Assembly (NCBI GenBank): GCA_951406725.2
Contig: OX597840.1
Location: forward strand, 11,222,001 to 11,286,000
DNA length: 64,000 nt
Direction: 5' to 3'
Source of the DNA: Octopus vulgaris
Lineage: Eukaryota
Part shown: one piece after another, positions 40,307-54,576 of the stretch
Position numbering within the stretch: the stretch's first letter is position 1
How the letters are laid out: the number at the start of each line of letters is the position of its first letter
The notes under the pieces: generated by a model
What the model was told of the DNA's origin: nothing
Databases searched by the model: none
Seen by the model: the letters and a program-made list of their open reading frames with translations, nothing else
Position numbers and translations under genes: made by a program

Positions 40307-40518
40307 CAGGGTGCGGCAGAAATACTTCCTACATTTTAAACCTCCACTTATGTGTTGCTAATGAACTTATGCAAATACCAATGATGTTTTCATTTAGATA
40401 ATGAACAAAAAAACTGTAACCTTTTGTTTAGACGACAGTAAAATTAATTTTTCATAAATGTTGTTTCTATTCCTTTTGTCAACCTTTCAAATGTGGGAGG
40501 TATTTCTGTCACACCCTG
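40307..40518. mobile_element. Tc1-type MITE
   Basis: TA|cagggtgcggcagaaatacttcctacattt...aaatgtgggaggtatttctgtcacaccctg|TA. Confidence 0.85.
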
Positions 40519-40900
40519 TACATACATGCAAATAATCGCGATATCTGGGACAATCAAAATCTGAAAGACTTTCTTAAGATTTAAATGATGATGACTGCTT
40601 TCTTTTACAAACTAGCTACCAAACAGGTGACCGGTCGAAATGAACTCTTAATTAGAAAAAAGAAAATTATAAATACATGCATATATATAACGGGAAGCTT
40701 TATGAAAATAAACAAAAGACGAAGGCAGGTGGAATACAAACAAACAATTGTATTAGTATGGCGCTCAGGAATATAAATAGAAAAAGTCTTTTTACGTTTC
40801 GAGCCTACGCTCTTCAACAGAAAGATACACAGAAAAGAAACACGGAGAGAAACAAGGAGAGAAAAAAAATGCGTGCAGAAGCTAGCGATTCAACATGGCC

Positions 40901-40972
<72 letters not shown>

Positions 40973-41189
40973 GTGCCTTGGCTTACTTACATCATCGTAA
41001 TTTAGCGGTTCGGTAAAAAAGAGCGATGGAATAAGTACTGAACTTGAGTGTTACCACTGAAATTTTATTAAGTACAAGAGAAGTGTTGTTGCTTGTTATT
41101 TTATTTCCAAAAGCTAAAACAATTCAGAGAAATAACAGAAAAGCCTCAACGTATTCCAGTAAATAGAACATACATGACAAAGATAATGT

Positions 41190-41495
41190 TGTTTGTTCCT
41201 TCTCAAGACATGCCTGGCTCATAAGGGCCGGTTTCCCCGGTTCCTTGGCGTATAGGTTCCCCACCTGGACAGGACGCTGGTCCATCGCAGGTGAGCTGCA
41301 AGATGCAGGAGGAAAGAGTGAGAGAAAGTTGTGGCGAAAGAGTCAGCAGAAGTTTCGCCATTACCTTCTGCAGGAGCCGCGTGGAGCTTAGGTGTTTCGC
41401 TCATAAACACACACACATCGCCCGGTCTGAGATTCGAACCCGCAATCCCTCGACCGCGAGTCCATTGCTCTAACCACTAGGTCATGTGCCTCCAC
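41190..41495 (-). mobile_element. SINE family D copy
   Basis: Reverse complement of the 27184-27480 unit. Confidence 0.85.
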
Positions 41496-41998
41496 ACAAA
41501 GATAACGGTGGCAATGCATGCGACAGTAGACCAGCCTCAGCCGCCAGTCACAATGTCAGCTGGCGGTAAAGACGATCGTCGACATTTAGCGACCAGTGAC
41601 AATAGCAGCAGTCATGATAACAAATGAATCCTGAAGAACGAATTATGCAAACGGTCAGAAGGTATTTATAGTGAAGTATTTAAAGAGTTTGATTCTTTGT
41701 CAGATTTACGGCCGCAGGACATATTTTATTTAATTAAAATTGACGAAAGATGTACTGAAGTTATGTTAATAGTGATTAAATGTTAAGAGAGAATGTTTAC
41801 GACAGATATAATTCTCTCATATTGGCGAATGAACGCCTGTTCATATTCCTTCTCTACAACTGTTAAGCAGTTTCTCAGAGACACGAAATAAAAAGTAAAA
41901 AAAAAAAAGTAAAAAAAAACAATGAAAGGGTTTGAAAAGTCGAATAAGAAAATCATTGATCCACGAAAGACTTTCAAGCATGTAGCGATATTTATCAA

Positions 41999-42391
41999 TC
42001 TCTCTCTATATATAAAGCTGAAGTTGTCTGTGTATGGCAGGTTTGGTAGCCTTCAACTAATACTATCTCCTCCGAGACCCTGCGGCGCAAGTTGACCAAA
42101 ATTGAGAGTATGATAGAAGAAGGCTTGCTCTTCCTTCCGTAGAAGAAAAATTTCAAATTGGACCATGTTAACACCAAAAATTATTTACTTCAAAAAGGTG
42201 CATTTTTTCTATGAAAATCCCTATTTTTTACGATTTTTTTACTGCTGTGTCGCCATTTTTCGGTGTATTTCAACCAGGAAATGTTCACTTAAAGAGATTA
42301 ACAATCTGCATAATGCAAAATTTTTAGTTTTCAAAAATTCCAATTCTAAAGGGTCGAAACAAACCCCAGCAACGCCGGGCGATACTGCTAG
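41999..42391 (+). mobile_element. Non-autonomous Helitron
   Basis: A|TC start, ccccagcaacgccggg hairpin, CTAG|T end. Confidence 0.85.
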
Positions 42392-43227
42392 TTATAAATA
42401 ACCAACGAAAGATAAAAAATAAAATGGGAAAAGGAAAATGTTTAGAGATAGCAAAAAACGATAAAAGGCTCTTAAACGTAAATTAATTCTTCTGAAATAG
42501 GAAAAAACAGCTATGTGTAAAAATTCCTTCATTCGGTGAGAGTAGCTGAAAGATTAATAATTCGAAAGAAATTCAGTCCAAATCAGTCAGGAGTCAAGAA
42601 AAATAGAAGGGGTGAAACGAAGGCCTGTCATAAGCTCCAGACCTCATCAGACAGGAGTTTTACCCAGTTTTACCCAGTTTCCATAACAATACTCCCTAAT
42701 AAACGGGACCCCGGCCTATCGTCGTGACACCGTCCCATCTTGTGCTTGAACTCATTTACTGCTGACTAAACCGAAGCAGCGTAAAATGAAACGGTTTGAT
42801 CAAGAAAACAACATACTACCTGGACTGAGAATCGAAACCACGGGGCCCTAGGACTCATAAGACTGTAGCCATACTCGGTTTTACCACTGTTTTACTGACC
42901 TCGATAGGTCGAAAGGTAGGGGCAACCTCAGCGGGATTTTAACTCCGATCCAGAGACATTTAATCTGTTGTTCCATTATATCTGACAATCCACAATGAAT
43001 AACGATAATCTTTTCTATAATAGGCACAAGGCCTGAAATTTTAGGGGAGGGGATAAGTTGATTACTCCAGCGTTTCACTGGTACTTGATTTATCGAACCC
43101 GAAAGAATGAAAGGCAAAGTCGATCTCGGCGGAATTTGAACTCAGAACGTAGCGACGGGGGAACTACAGTTAAGCATTTCGTCCACCGTGCTAACGATTC
43201 TGCCTTAATAATAAAATAATAATAATA

Positions 43228-43312
<85 letters not shown>

Positions 43313-43411
43313 TTATTATTATTATTATAATAATAATAATGATGATGACAATAATTTATTTACCTAGAGGGCACAGATGGGAGTAGACAAAGAAGCTATA
43401 ATATGTGTGTG

Positions 43412-43471
<60 letters not shown>

Positions 43472-43547
43472 TATATACCAGCGTAAGCACATAAATGTGA
43501 AGCAAGGTGGGGAAATAGTACTCGAATACCGAAAGTAGAGTAATATG

Positions 43548-43694
43548 CTTTATTAATAAAGCTGCAAGACATCACAAAAACTGTTACTCGGAGTTTCACG
43601 TTCCCGTACGTAGGGCAGTTTTAGTTGAGAATGGAACGGGAACCTGAAAATCAAAGTAACAGTTTTTGTGACGTCTTGAAGCTTTATTAATAAA

Positions 43695-43695
<1 letters not shown>
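43548..43695. repeat. Foldback element with eroded hammerhead remnants on both arms
   Basis: About 60-bp arms; minus strand actg..acg-ggaa-cgt-GAAAC-tccga-GTA-acagt at 43579-43619. Confidence 0.6.
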
Positions 43696-43731
<36 letters not shown>

Positions 43732-43966
43732 CAATACTTTTTTCGTCTGGCGTTAACAGCCCTTCTTATCTTGTTCTCCTTGTCCTGTCTCTCACTGTTA
43801 TATATTTATTTTTCCACTGTTTATATATATATTTTTTACTGTTTATATGTTTGTACTGTCGTTACCGTCTTGCTTTTTTTACCCCTCTGCGAAAAGATCT
43901 CAGAATTTTAATTGATTTGCTTTTCGCAGGAAGGAAGTTTTCTTCGAAGTATACGTCTCGCTTTTA

Positions 43967-44014
43967 TCCTTCGAAACGTTTAGTAGATGAAACCTTAGCG
44001 ACTGAAGAAGGGGA
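43967..44014 (+). ncRNA. Permuted (type II topology) hammerhead-like motif
   Basis: tccttc-GAAACGTT-tagtagatgaaaccttagcga-CTGAAGA-agggga. GAAA precedes CUGANGA, helix II is open, helix I is weak. Confidence 0.45.
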
Positions 44015-44200
44015 TTTTTCGTTGTGCTTATTGTCCTGTATCTCTTTTTTTTGCTTGTCTTGTTCCTTGGTTTGTGTCTATGTTTTTCGTCTCTCTATGT
44101 GTTCGACGTCTTTTGGTGTCCTGTACACATATATGCGTGTATATGTACATGTAGAGGTAGGTACGTACATATATGTTTATATATATGCATATATTTTATT

Positions 44201-44245
<45 letters not shown>

Positions 44246-44961
44246 GTATAAATATCAACACAATTATTTCTTCTTCCTTCCTTTTTTCTTCTCCTTTCTT
44301 CCCTTCTCCAAACTCACAAACACCCACACACACACGCACACACACACACACACACACACACCTCCACAAAACAATAATAAAAAGAATTCTTCTTCTCTAA
44401 ACCCAAAAACCATTTGACCATCCTTCATTAAACACACACACACACGCACTCTCTCACAATGATAAAAAGGAAATATAATTTATGGTCTACCTTCTTTTGT
44501 CCCTCCCCGCCACTACACACTCAATAACACTATGAAATGGTCAAAACTGAAATTCTTTTTCCCTAAGATCTTAGACCCCTCCTTGGAGTAAGCATCCTGT
44601 CCAGCAGAACAAAAAAATTATTTTCTTCTTCTTCCCTCTCCCTTCCCCTCTTTTTCTTTAACACTTCTTCCAAATACAAACACACACACACACATACACA
44701 CATGTTCTCTCTCTCACTTTCTCCTCATCCATCACCCTCTTGTACTGTCTTATATCCCTCCCCACCACTACAAACTCAATACCACTATAAAATGGTCAAA
44801 ACTTTTCACACAGGAACTCAGTTTGATTTGAAAACCCCACTAGAATGGGAGAAAGCGCTAATACATGATCTAAGTTATATGATATATATAAAAAATATAA
44901 TATACAAATAAATATCTGTAAATATAAACCATCCGAATTTCTGAGTACCTCATTTCTTCTA

Positions 44962-45057
<96 letters not shown>

Positions 45058-45134
45058 CACGTGACCACTTGACCGAGCAGACCATCAGATGTTGTTACAT
45101 ATCGCTGGTCACAATACGTTCACATTGTTTTAGC

Positions 45135-45201
<67 letters not shown>

Positions 45202-45206
45202 TATAT

Positions 45207-45246
<40 letters not shown>

Positions 45247-45396
45247 AGACACACACACATATTTATTGATTTGTCTTGCAAGATTCCTGATGTGAGGTAA
45301 AGTACCAACATTAAATCATGATCTCCTACATTAACTCTGATAAAATATACTTGGAAACTCAACGACGCAGCAAAGTGTCAATATATATATATATAG

Positions 45397-45715
45397 AAAG
45401 TGCCAGATAATTGACTTTACAGTCCCGAATGATGAAAGAATCAATACGAGAGGTATAGAAAAAATAACAAAGTACCAGGACCTAGGTATTGAATTACAGA
45501 GACTATGGAAAGAGTGGGTAAACTGTATCCCAGTAGTTATAGGTGTATTGAGAACTATCCCTAAAGATCTGAACAGATGGATAGAGGAAATAGGCATAAA
45601 ACCCAGTTTAGTACAGCTGCAGAAAGCAGTGTTATTAGGGGCAGCTGGGATACTGGGCTTCGTATATTTTACCCCAGTGTCACTTTAATGGCATCCATCG
45701 CTCTCTTAGTAATAA
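45397..45715 (+). mobile_element. Restriction-like endonuclease domain and 3' tail of an R4/Dong-like LINE
   Basis: KCQIIDFTVPNDERINTRGIEKITKYQDLGIELQRLWKEWVNCIPVVIGVLRTIPKDLNRWIEEIGIKPSLVQLQKAVLLG (IID...EK..KY..L...IPVVIG..G...LQK..LLG pattern). Confidence 0.85.
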
Positions 45716-45909
45716 TGGTTTCAAATTTTGCCACAAGTACAGCAATTTTGGGGGGAGGGTATAAGTCGATTACATCGACCCCAGTGTTTCATTGGTACTT
45801 GATTTATTGATCCCGAAAGGATAAAAGGCAAAGTCGACCTCGGCGGAATTTGAACTCAGAACGTAGCGGCAGACGAAAAACTGGTAAGCATTTCGCCCAG
45901 CTCACCGCC

Positions 45910-45979
<70 letters not shown>

Positions 45980-45980
<1 letters not shown>

Positions 45981-46190
45981 CTATAATCTATCTAATCTCA
46001 AGTTTTAAAACAAACATAATTTTCTTATGGTTTCTTGAACATTCTCTAGAACAACACTATGTACAAAATCAAATATATGGCACCCTAGGCATAACACCAA
46101 CACGAACTTCCAACTTGTTGTCTCATGAAGTCTCTGGGTGAGACTTGGAGCCAACTTGTACAAATGTAAAGCAAAAGTCAAATATAAAAT
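45980..46190 (+). mobile_element. Retroelement 3' end inserted in (AAT)n
   Basis: tctctgggtgagacttggagccaacttgtacaaatgtaaagcaaaagtcaaa-(AAT)n. A shorter copy at 59100-59168 (-) also lies within (AAT)n. Confidence 0.6.
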
Positions 46191-46221
46191 AATAATAATA
46201 ATGATAATAATAATAATAATG

Positions 46222-46339
<118 letters not shown>

Positions 46340-46569
46340 GAACTGTAAAACATTGTCAGGTTATTCCCACAAAACTTGAATATTCTTCTAGATCTTGAAA
46401 ATTATCGTTAAATATTGAACACCCTTATCAGGCTTCAACGCCCTTATGAACACCCAACACCTCAGATAACATTCTACACCCTTATTAATCTTCTACACTC
46501 CTGTTAATTATTGAACACCCCTATTAATCCACAACTCTTCTATATATATTCTGAAAAATGTAACGAATT

Positions 46570-46882
46570 ATTGTTATATTTTGGGACGGTCATATTTTTC
46601 TTGCCAAATTAACACACGCACTGTATATTCGTTCTTCGCTTAAGATTTATTTTATTATTGTTTTTATTTTATGTTCTTTGATTGGAAATCTTTTGTCACG
46701 CATCTGTGACCTATTTAGCGATTCTCCATGAGATGGAAAGTCACCGAAGAGGTCAAAGAACGTGACGAAAGATTTCAGACAAAGACTTAGAATAGGGACA
46801 ATAATAAAGAAGTGAAGAACGAATATACAGTGCGTGTGTTTATTTGGCAAGAAAAAATATGACCGTCCCGAAAAATAACAAT
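46570..46882. mobile_element. MITE with about 70-bp terminal inverted repeats
   Basis: ttgttatattttgggacggtcatatttttcttgccaaattaacacacgcactgtatattcgttcttc versus gaagaacgaatatacagtgcgtgtgtttatttggcaagaaaaaatatgaccgtcccgaaaaataacaa; TA on both sides. Confidence 0.85.
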
Positions 46883-47122
46883 ACCTGTTTCAGGACACGG
46901 TTTCACATCAAGAATTTTACAAAGCAAATACACAATGAGTAACGAATTATTTTTTTGGAAATGGATGCTGTACATCTCTCAAACAATAAATAAGATACCA
47001 TAAAAATAGATAATAATATTAATAGTATAAATTATCCAGGGATAACGGCAAGAGAAAGGATTTTGCCAGAGTAAATTGAACCCAAAAGAGATTACAAGAA
47101 TCCCCCCACCCCCCGCGCCCAC

Positions 47123-47723
47123 TCTCTATATAAAGCTGAAGTTGTCTGTGTGTGTGTGTGCCAGGTTTGGCAGCCTTCAACAAACACTATCTCCTCCGAG
47201 ACCCTGCGGTGCAAGTTGACCAAAATTGAAAGTATAATAGAAGAAGGCTTGCTCTTCCTTCGGTAGAAGAAAAAATTCAAATCGGACCATGTTAACACCA
47301 AAAATTATTTACATCAAAAAGGTGCTTTTTTTTCTATGAAAATACCTATTTTTTACGATTTTTTGACTGCTGTGTCGCCATTTTTCGGTGTATTTCAACA
47401 AGGAAAATGCTCACTTAAAGAGATTAACAAGCTACAAAATTTATAATTATTACTTTTCAAAATTCCAATTCTAAAGGGTCGAAAAAAATTTTTTTGTGAT
47501 GTCATTGGTTTTGAGCGAACGACGGATCAGCTGATCCAATGCAGAGGAGTAATGTTCACTGCGTGCACTAATTTTCAAGGTCGTCAACTGCTACAGCGTT
47601 GAGTACAATTTAGGAATTTCAATCGACTTTGTGAGAAAAAGTAATTGCATTAGCGTAAGACAGAACGAATGAACGAAGCGCAACTAAAAAGCAAACCCGA
47701 ACAACGCCGGGCCATATTGCTAG
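47123..47723 (+). mobile_element. Non-autonomous Helitron with extra 3' segment
   Basis: First about 360 bp is similar to 41999-42358; ends cccgaacaacgccggg..CTAG|T. Confidence 0.85.
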
Positions 47724-47988
47724 TAAAAAATAGAATTATGCAAAAAGCTTAATATTCGAGACTAATATGAAACTAAAACAGATAAAGAAATATTTGAAGA
47801 AATGAAAGCTGAAATATGGAGAATACCAAGATTTGAATGATGATTCAGATAATGTTTGGAGGAGACAAACGAAGTATTTAGAAGGGTTTTAAATAGCGAA
47901 ATATTGAGCAGAATCTATAAGAGATATCTAGAAAGAATTTGAAGGAAAATATCGCCTGTTGTTCCATAAAACAATTGGATTTATTCAT

Positions 47989-48154
47989 AGGCGTAGGAGT
48001 GGCTGTGTGGTAAGTAGCTTGTTTACTAACCACATGGTTCCGGGTTCAGTCCCACTGCGGCGTGGCACCTTGGGCAAGTGTCTTCTGCTATAGCCTCGGA
48101 CCGACCAAAGCTTTGTGAGTGGATTTGGTAGACGGAAACTGAAAGAAGCCCATC

Positions 48155-48195
<41 letters not shown>

Positions 48196-48301
48196 ATGCA
48201 ATAAAGGGTGGAATATAATTAATTTAATAAAATTAATCAATTTCACCTAGTAGATTTATCGGTATGGAATGTATATATATATATGTGTATATATATATAT
48301 A

Positions 48302-48341
<40 letters not shown>

Positions 48342-48580
48342 TGTGTTTGTGTGTGCGTGTATGTTTGTGTGTCTGCGTTCCCCCACCGAACATCGCTTGA
48401 CAACCGATGCTGGTGTGTTTGCATCCCCGTAACTTAGCAGTTCGGCAAATGGGACCGATAGAACAAGTACTAGGCTTCAAAGAATAAGTGCTGGGGTCGA
48501 TTTGCTCGACTAAAAGGCGGTGCTCCAGCATGGCCACAGTCACATGACTGAAACAAGTAAAAGAGTAAAAGTAAAGTAAA
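47989..48580 (+). mobile_element. SINE family A copy
   Basis: Head, internal microsatellite and tail present. Confidence 0.85.
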
Positions 48581-51449
48581 AGAATGAATGAAAATTTAAA
48601 ATCGGGTGACACTATAAAGAATTGGAAAAGGTCAAAGAGAATAATGGAAGGAATGAAAAGAAAAAAGAAAAAAAAAGGGAAATTACTTGCAGTAGACAAA
48701 ACCAAATTTATGGTGAGACAACGTCATATTTTACGATTTTGGACTGATACGGTCACGTGATTTAGTAAAACAGCAATGCATCCTCATCCTACTGAAAAAC
48801 CATGGTAGGTGACCCTTCGATAAACAAACTTTCTACAAGAGCCACAGAGACCGGGAATCCTGAAAAATATAGGCTAATCCCATACGGGTTTTCTGACTTC
48901 TACAAAACCCTGGCGCCCACATTAAGGAGTTATATAATTTTTATCTTTATCTTTCACTGGTTTCAGTCATTGGACTGCGGCCATGCTGGAGCACAGCTTT
49001 GAAGGGTTTAGTCAAAGAAATTGCCCCCAGTATTTAATTTTTTAAAGGTTGGTACTTTTTCTGTCGGTGGCTATTTGCCGAACCCCTATGCTGAGGGGAT
49101 GTTAAATCAACATCTGTTGCCAAGCGGTGGAGAACAAGCACAGACACAAAGACACACACACACATACACACACATACACACACACATACACATACACACA
49201 CACACATACACATACACACACACACATACACACACACATACACACACACATACACACACACACACACGGGTTTCTTTCAGTCTTCTTCTTCCAAATCCAC
49301 CCACAAGGCTTTGTTCAACGCATTTTCCCAAAGTGCCTTGCTGTGGGACTGAACCCAGAACCATGTAGTTGGGAGGACGGGAATAATTTTCAGCGGAGGG
49401 GGTTCGCTGAAAGAGTTCATACTGATGCAAAAACTAACCACCGATGAGCAAAACAAAATCAGGAGACACCAAAGACAAAATACAAGAATTTATATATTTC
49501 CTGAATATATGAATTCCTAATTTAGCACACGGTCAGCAATTTTAAAGGACGAGGTAAGTCTGTTAAATCAACCCCTAGCGCTCAAACGGTGCTTATTTTA
49601 TTGACCCAAAACGGATAAAAAGCAAAAAAAAAATGCAACTTGAACTGAATTTGAACTCGGGACATAATGAGTCAGAATAACCATTGAAAAGTAATTTTTC
49701 AGACGCTCTAACAATTCTGCCGGCTCGCTACATTATGTTCTTGATAGATAATCTTTTCTACTCTAGGCACAAGGCCCGAAACTTTGGGGAAGGAGGCCAG
49801 TCGATTAGACAGACCCCAGTACGCAACTGGTACTTATCGACCCTGAGAGGATGAAAGGCAAAGTCAACCTCGGCGGAATTAAAAGAATATTCTTTTCTAC
49901 TCTTGGCACAAGGCCTGAAATTTTTAGGGAGGGAGCCAGTCGATTAGATCGACCCCAGTACGCCATTGGTACTTAATTTATCGACCCCGAAAGGATGAAA
50001 GGCAAAGTCGACTGTGGCGGAGTGTCCTGGATAGATAATAAAATAGCGAATGACCGCATAACATATTCATAGATCCTAGAGTCAGGATTTATACATGAAT
50101 ACAAATGGTCAACCTGAAAATCTCTCCTAGTTTGTAAAACCTTATAGCAATGACCCAAGTCTTCAATAGAAAGTAATAACAGATATGAAGACTAAATGTT
50201 ATAGAGTTGGCATAAAATGTTCCGCATCTTTGGCCATGGACTGTGGTGCGAGAGCAATCATATAATTAATCCAAGAACAACACCAATTTCGTGAAAATAA
50301 TAATGATGATGATAAACAGGTAAAAAAAAGAAAGGTACGTCTCACGAGTGAGGCAGAATGGAAAACACCATGACCAACTTCTAATGCAGAAAGCATAGGG
50401 GACCAAAGTAATGCATGGGAAAAGGATGTGGAGGTGCGTGGCTCAGTGGTTAGGGTGTTGGACTCCTGATCGTAAGATTGTGATTTCGATTCCTGGACGG
50501 GGCGACGAGTTGTGTTATTGAGGTCGACTTTGCCTTTCATCCTTTCGGGGTCGATAAATTAAGTACCAGTTACGCACTGGGGTCGATGTAATCGACTTAA
50601 TACCTATGTCTGTCCTTGTTTGTCCCCTCTGTGTTTAGCCCCTTGTGGGTAGTAAAGAAATAGGTATGACTCGGGAAAGGTAACTTTATCTTACCTTTAT
50701 GGGGAAAAGGGTTGCAGGATTAAACCAACTGAAAACTCACCTATTGGCTTAAGATTAATGGACTGAAAGTAGAGTTATAAAGTCTGATAATCACTGCACA
50801 AGATCAGTCGGGAAGTTAATCCTATCGAACAGAAAAGTTAACAAGAAATGTTTTTTTTTTCAAGGTATTGGAGGGTATCGAGATGAAAAATCAATTCAAC
50901 GGATAAATAAGGAAGTTTTTTAAGAAAAACAGACAACGGGGTTTGGTCCTTATTGCACAGGGTCAAAGATTTAGAATAAGATAAGTTTCTTTATTGGCCA
51001 CACAGGGCTGCACACAGATGGGACAAGTTACAAGGTAGAGCTTTTCTTTTGGGGGATGAAAAAAACAAAAAACAAAAGAAACAAAAAAAAAAGAAAGAAA
51101 GGGGTGGCGTAGGTTTTCGATCAAGAAGGATCGTAAAAGGGAAGAAAAGAACAAAAAAAAATAATAATAATAATAAAATAAAAAATAAAATTTAAAAAAA
51201 TAAAAATAAAAAAAGAAGAAAAGGAAAAGGAACAAAAGAAAAGGGAAATGAAAAAAGAAGAAAAAAAGGGGGGAAAAAGGGGGAAGAGGAAAAAAAAACG
51301 ATCAATAGGGATTTAGAATAAGATACACTTGCAAAATTGTAGGTAAGGAAGCCATCTTGACCGGATGTAGAATCTATGGTGCAAGAGAAGCGATGGTTGT
51401 ACGTGTAGTTTCTGAATGCAAAATAATTGCCCACACGGTTTATAAAAAC

Positions 51450-51855
51450 TAGGAGTGGCTGTGTGGTAAGTAGCTTGCTAACCAACCACATGGTTCCGGG
51501 TTCAGTCCCACTGCGTGGCATCTTGGGCAAGTGTCTTCTACTATAGCCTCAGGCCGACCAATGCCTTGTGAGTGGATTTGGTAGACGGAAACTGAAAGAA
51601 GCCTGTCGTATATATGTATATATATATATGTATATGTATGTATGTGTGGGTATGTGTTTGTGTGTCTGTGTTTGTACCCCTAGCATTGCTTGACAACCGA
51701 TGCTGGTGTGTTTACGTCCCCGTCACTTAGCGGTTCGGCAAAAGAGACCGATAGAATAAGTACTGGGCTTACAAAAGAATAAGTCCCGGCGGGGTCGATT
51801 TGCTCGACTAAAGGCGGTGCTCCAGCATGGCCGCAGTCAAATGACTGAAACATGT
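51450..51855 (+). mobile_element. SINE family A copy
   Basis: Head, internal microsatellite and tail present. Confidence 0.85.
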
Positions 51856-51869
51856 AACAGAGTAATATA

Positions 51870-52118
51870 ACAAGGTTACTACAACCATACATTGACAAAT
51901 ATGTTCCACGGGAATTCCGCATTTGGAAATGGTAGCAAGTTGGATTGGAACATTAGGTAAAATGGTATGATCATAAAACAGAACACGTTCTATGTAAACG
52001 TTATACTGGGATATACAAATTCAAAAGGAGAGAAAGATAAAACATTTACATCGGATATTGTTGTACTCAATACAGAGGAAAGAGCATACCGCTTAATCGA
52101 TGTTGTTTTCTCTGTTTG

Positions 52119-52153
<35 letters not shown>

Positions 52154-52680
52154 ATTTGGCTCAAAAGCAAATAGCAAGGCCATGTAGGGGGACATGGAGT
52201 TAAGTACAGGGTGGTGTTCATGCAAAGAGTTCAGGCCACTTGAGGTCAAGGGAGGCTTTGAACAAAGCGGTCGTCGGCATCTTCACCATCTCGTCTGGCA
52301 GCTTGTTCCACGGATCCGCAACCCGGACGGAGAAAGCTCCTCTCCTTTGATTGAGATGAAATCGTCGCAGGTAGAGCTTTTCGGAGTGACCCCGCAGCCG
52401 ACGCTCTGGAGCAGGAGTGAAGAACAGCTCTTTCGAGAGGTTAGAGAAAAAATGTGAGAAAATAGAGAAAAATACCTAGTCTATGCAATCCTCAAAGACC
52501 CTGGAATTTCTGTAAAGTGATCATTTATCTCAATTGTAATAAGAGCCTTGAAAACTGTTGGAAGAAGTTTGAATGATTGGTTGAGGATGTTGGCCTTCAA
52601 GACGAGATTTTTGATTCTATTGGAAGCCTGCTTGTTTGACAGAGTAAGTCTAATAAAATTGATAAATACCTAAAGCTGCG
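51870..52680 (+). mobile_element. Highly decayed RLE-LINE C-terminal remnant interrupted by a CR1 fragment
   Basis: KWYDHKTEHV...SDIVVLNTEERAYRLIDV before the insertion; EKIEKY..L..ILK.. and IVIRAL after it. Confidence 0.5.
52119..52443 (-). mobile_element. 5'-truncated CR1-type LINE 3' end with (TAAC)n tail
   Basis: NLSKELFFTPAPERRLRGHSEKLYLRRFHLNQRRGAFSVRVADPWNKLPDEMVKMPTTALFKASLD...* (RGH..KL...R..FS.RV...WN.LP..V.....FK..LD). Confidence 0.85.
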
Positions 52681-53290
52681 GAATGCAAGTTCGATATCTA
52701 GCCATGCGATTCAAGAAGAACATAAAACGAAAAGTTAAGTGAACGAAAGGAAGCAAAGAATTTAACAAAGTAGGAAATCCTCAAATGTTGGAACGGAGAA
52801 GGATGCAGGATCAGGGCCCTGCCGGTTGTTATTGGAGCCGAAAGAAGAAGGATAAAGACCGCGAGAGAAAATCGTGGAGAAAAGATTTTTAGCTTAATCT
52901 CTGAGTGTGTGGAGTGTTGGAAACATGTTTATCCAAAGAGTCTTCAATACAAAGTAGGAACAGATATCAAGAGCAAGAAGCGGGGAGGGGTGAGAAACCC
53001 GTTAAGCAGAAAATACAAAGTGGCCCCCACCCCTTCCTCTACCATGGATCACGAGTTGTGAATCGATTGTAGAATTATATCGGACGCAACTCCTATACCG
53101 GGAAAAACAAAATAATAATAATAATAGTAATAATAATAATAGTAATAGAAGAACATGAAGAAGAAGAAGGGAAGAAGAAGAAGAAGAACAACAACATGAT
53201 GATGATGATGATGATGACTTCGACGACAACGACGACGATAACAACAACAAGAACAACAACAACAACAACAACAACAACAATAACAATAAC

Positions 53291-53346
<56 letters not shown>

Positions 53347-53491
53347 TAATAGAAAATGAGGGAAGATGAAGAAAAGGGAAGAAGAAGAAGAAGAAGAAGA
53401 AGAAGAGGGAAAAAGAAGAGGAAGAAGAAGAAGAAGAGGGAAAAAGAAGAGGAAGAAGAAGAAGAAGAGGGAAAAATAATAATAATAATAA

Positions 53492-53522
<31 letters not shown>

Positions 53523-54193
53523 AAGAAGAAGAAGAAGAAGAAGAAGAAGAAGAAGAAGAATCCTTCTTATTGAGACAGTCCCAACACGAGACGTGAGTGT
53601 ATCTCACAAAAACATGGAGAGAGGTCACGTGTCGATAACAAGAGTTGAAAGCGAGGCTCAGATTAAGTAATCATGCTAATCTGTTGGAGTTGGTGTGTTG
53701 TGGATCAACAACAACGATGACGTATGTTAAATAGTTTTGACATTTTCACAGAACTCCAAATATTTCTCTTCATCAAAAAAAAAAAAGAAAGAAGAAAAAT
53801 GAAAAAAACAAGAACGAGTAAACATGGCGGACATTTTTTTGCTTAAAAGACTTACTTGTAACTTTATCTTTGTTGATATCTCACAGCAGTATCACTCACC
53901 GGAGTGGTATCACAGACATGGTATCGCATGTTTGTATTACAAGCATGGTATCACAAACACACACACATTAACAGATGTCACTAAAGTCTATATATTTATC
54001 GTTACTTTCCGTGAAAAAGCCTTTATTTCTTTTGATATCCATAGTGCATTTTCGCTTTTCTTCTTTTTACTTCCTCCGTATATATATATATATATATGGC
54101 ATACATATATATGTATGCCACTAACCTACACTTAATTCTTTCCTCTTTCATCTTCCCTAATCTTCTCCTCTGTCTCTTAATATGCTCCTGGTT

Positions 54194-54576
54194 GGAAGCA
54201 CTCCGTCGGTTACGACGACGAGGGTTCCGGTTGATCCGAATCAACGGAACAGCCTGCTCGTGAAATTAACGTGTAAGTGGCTGAGCACTCCACAGACACG
54301 TGTACCCTCAACGTAGTTCTCGGGGATATTCAGCGTGACACAGAGGGTGACAAGGCCGGCCCTTTGAAATACATGTACAACAGAAACAGGAAATAAGAGT
54401 GAGAGAAAGTTGTGGTGAAAGAGTACAGCAGGGATCACCACCATCCCTGCCGGAGCCTCGTGGAGCTTTAGGTGTTTTCGCTCAATAAACACTCACAACG
54501 CCCGATCTGGGAATCGAAACCGCGATCCTATGACCGCGAGTCCACTGCCCTAACCACTGGGCCATTGCGCCTCCAC
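54194..54576 (-). mobile_element. Full-length SINE (family D-like head, family C tail) with 11-bp TSD
   Basis: TSD tgctcctggtt at 54183-54193 and 54577-54587. Confidence 0.88.

Noticed and set aside
50741-50821. Exon-like segment with good acceptor and gtgagt donor on the minus strand
   Set aside because: Stop codons in all three frames; no support for a non-coding exon.
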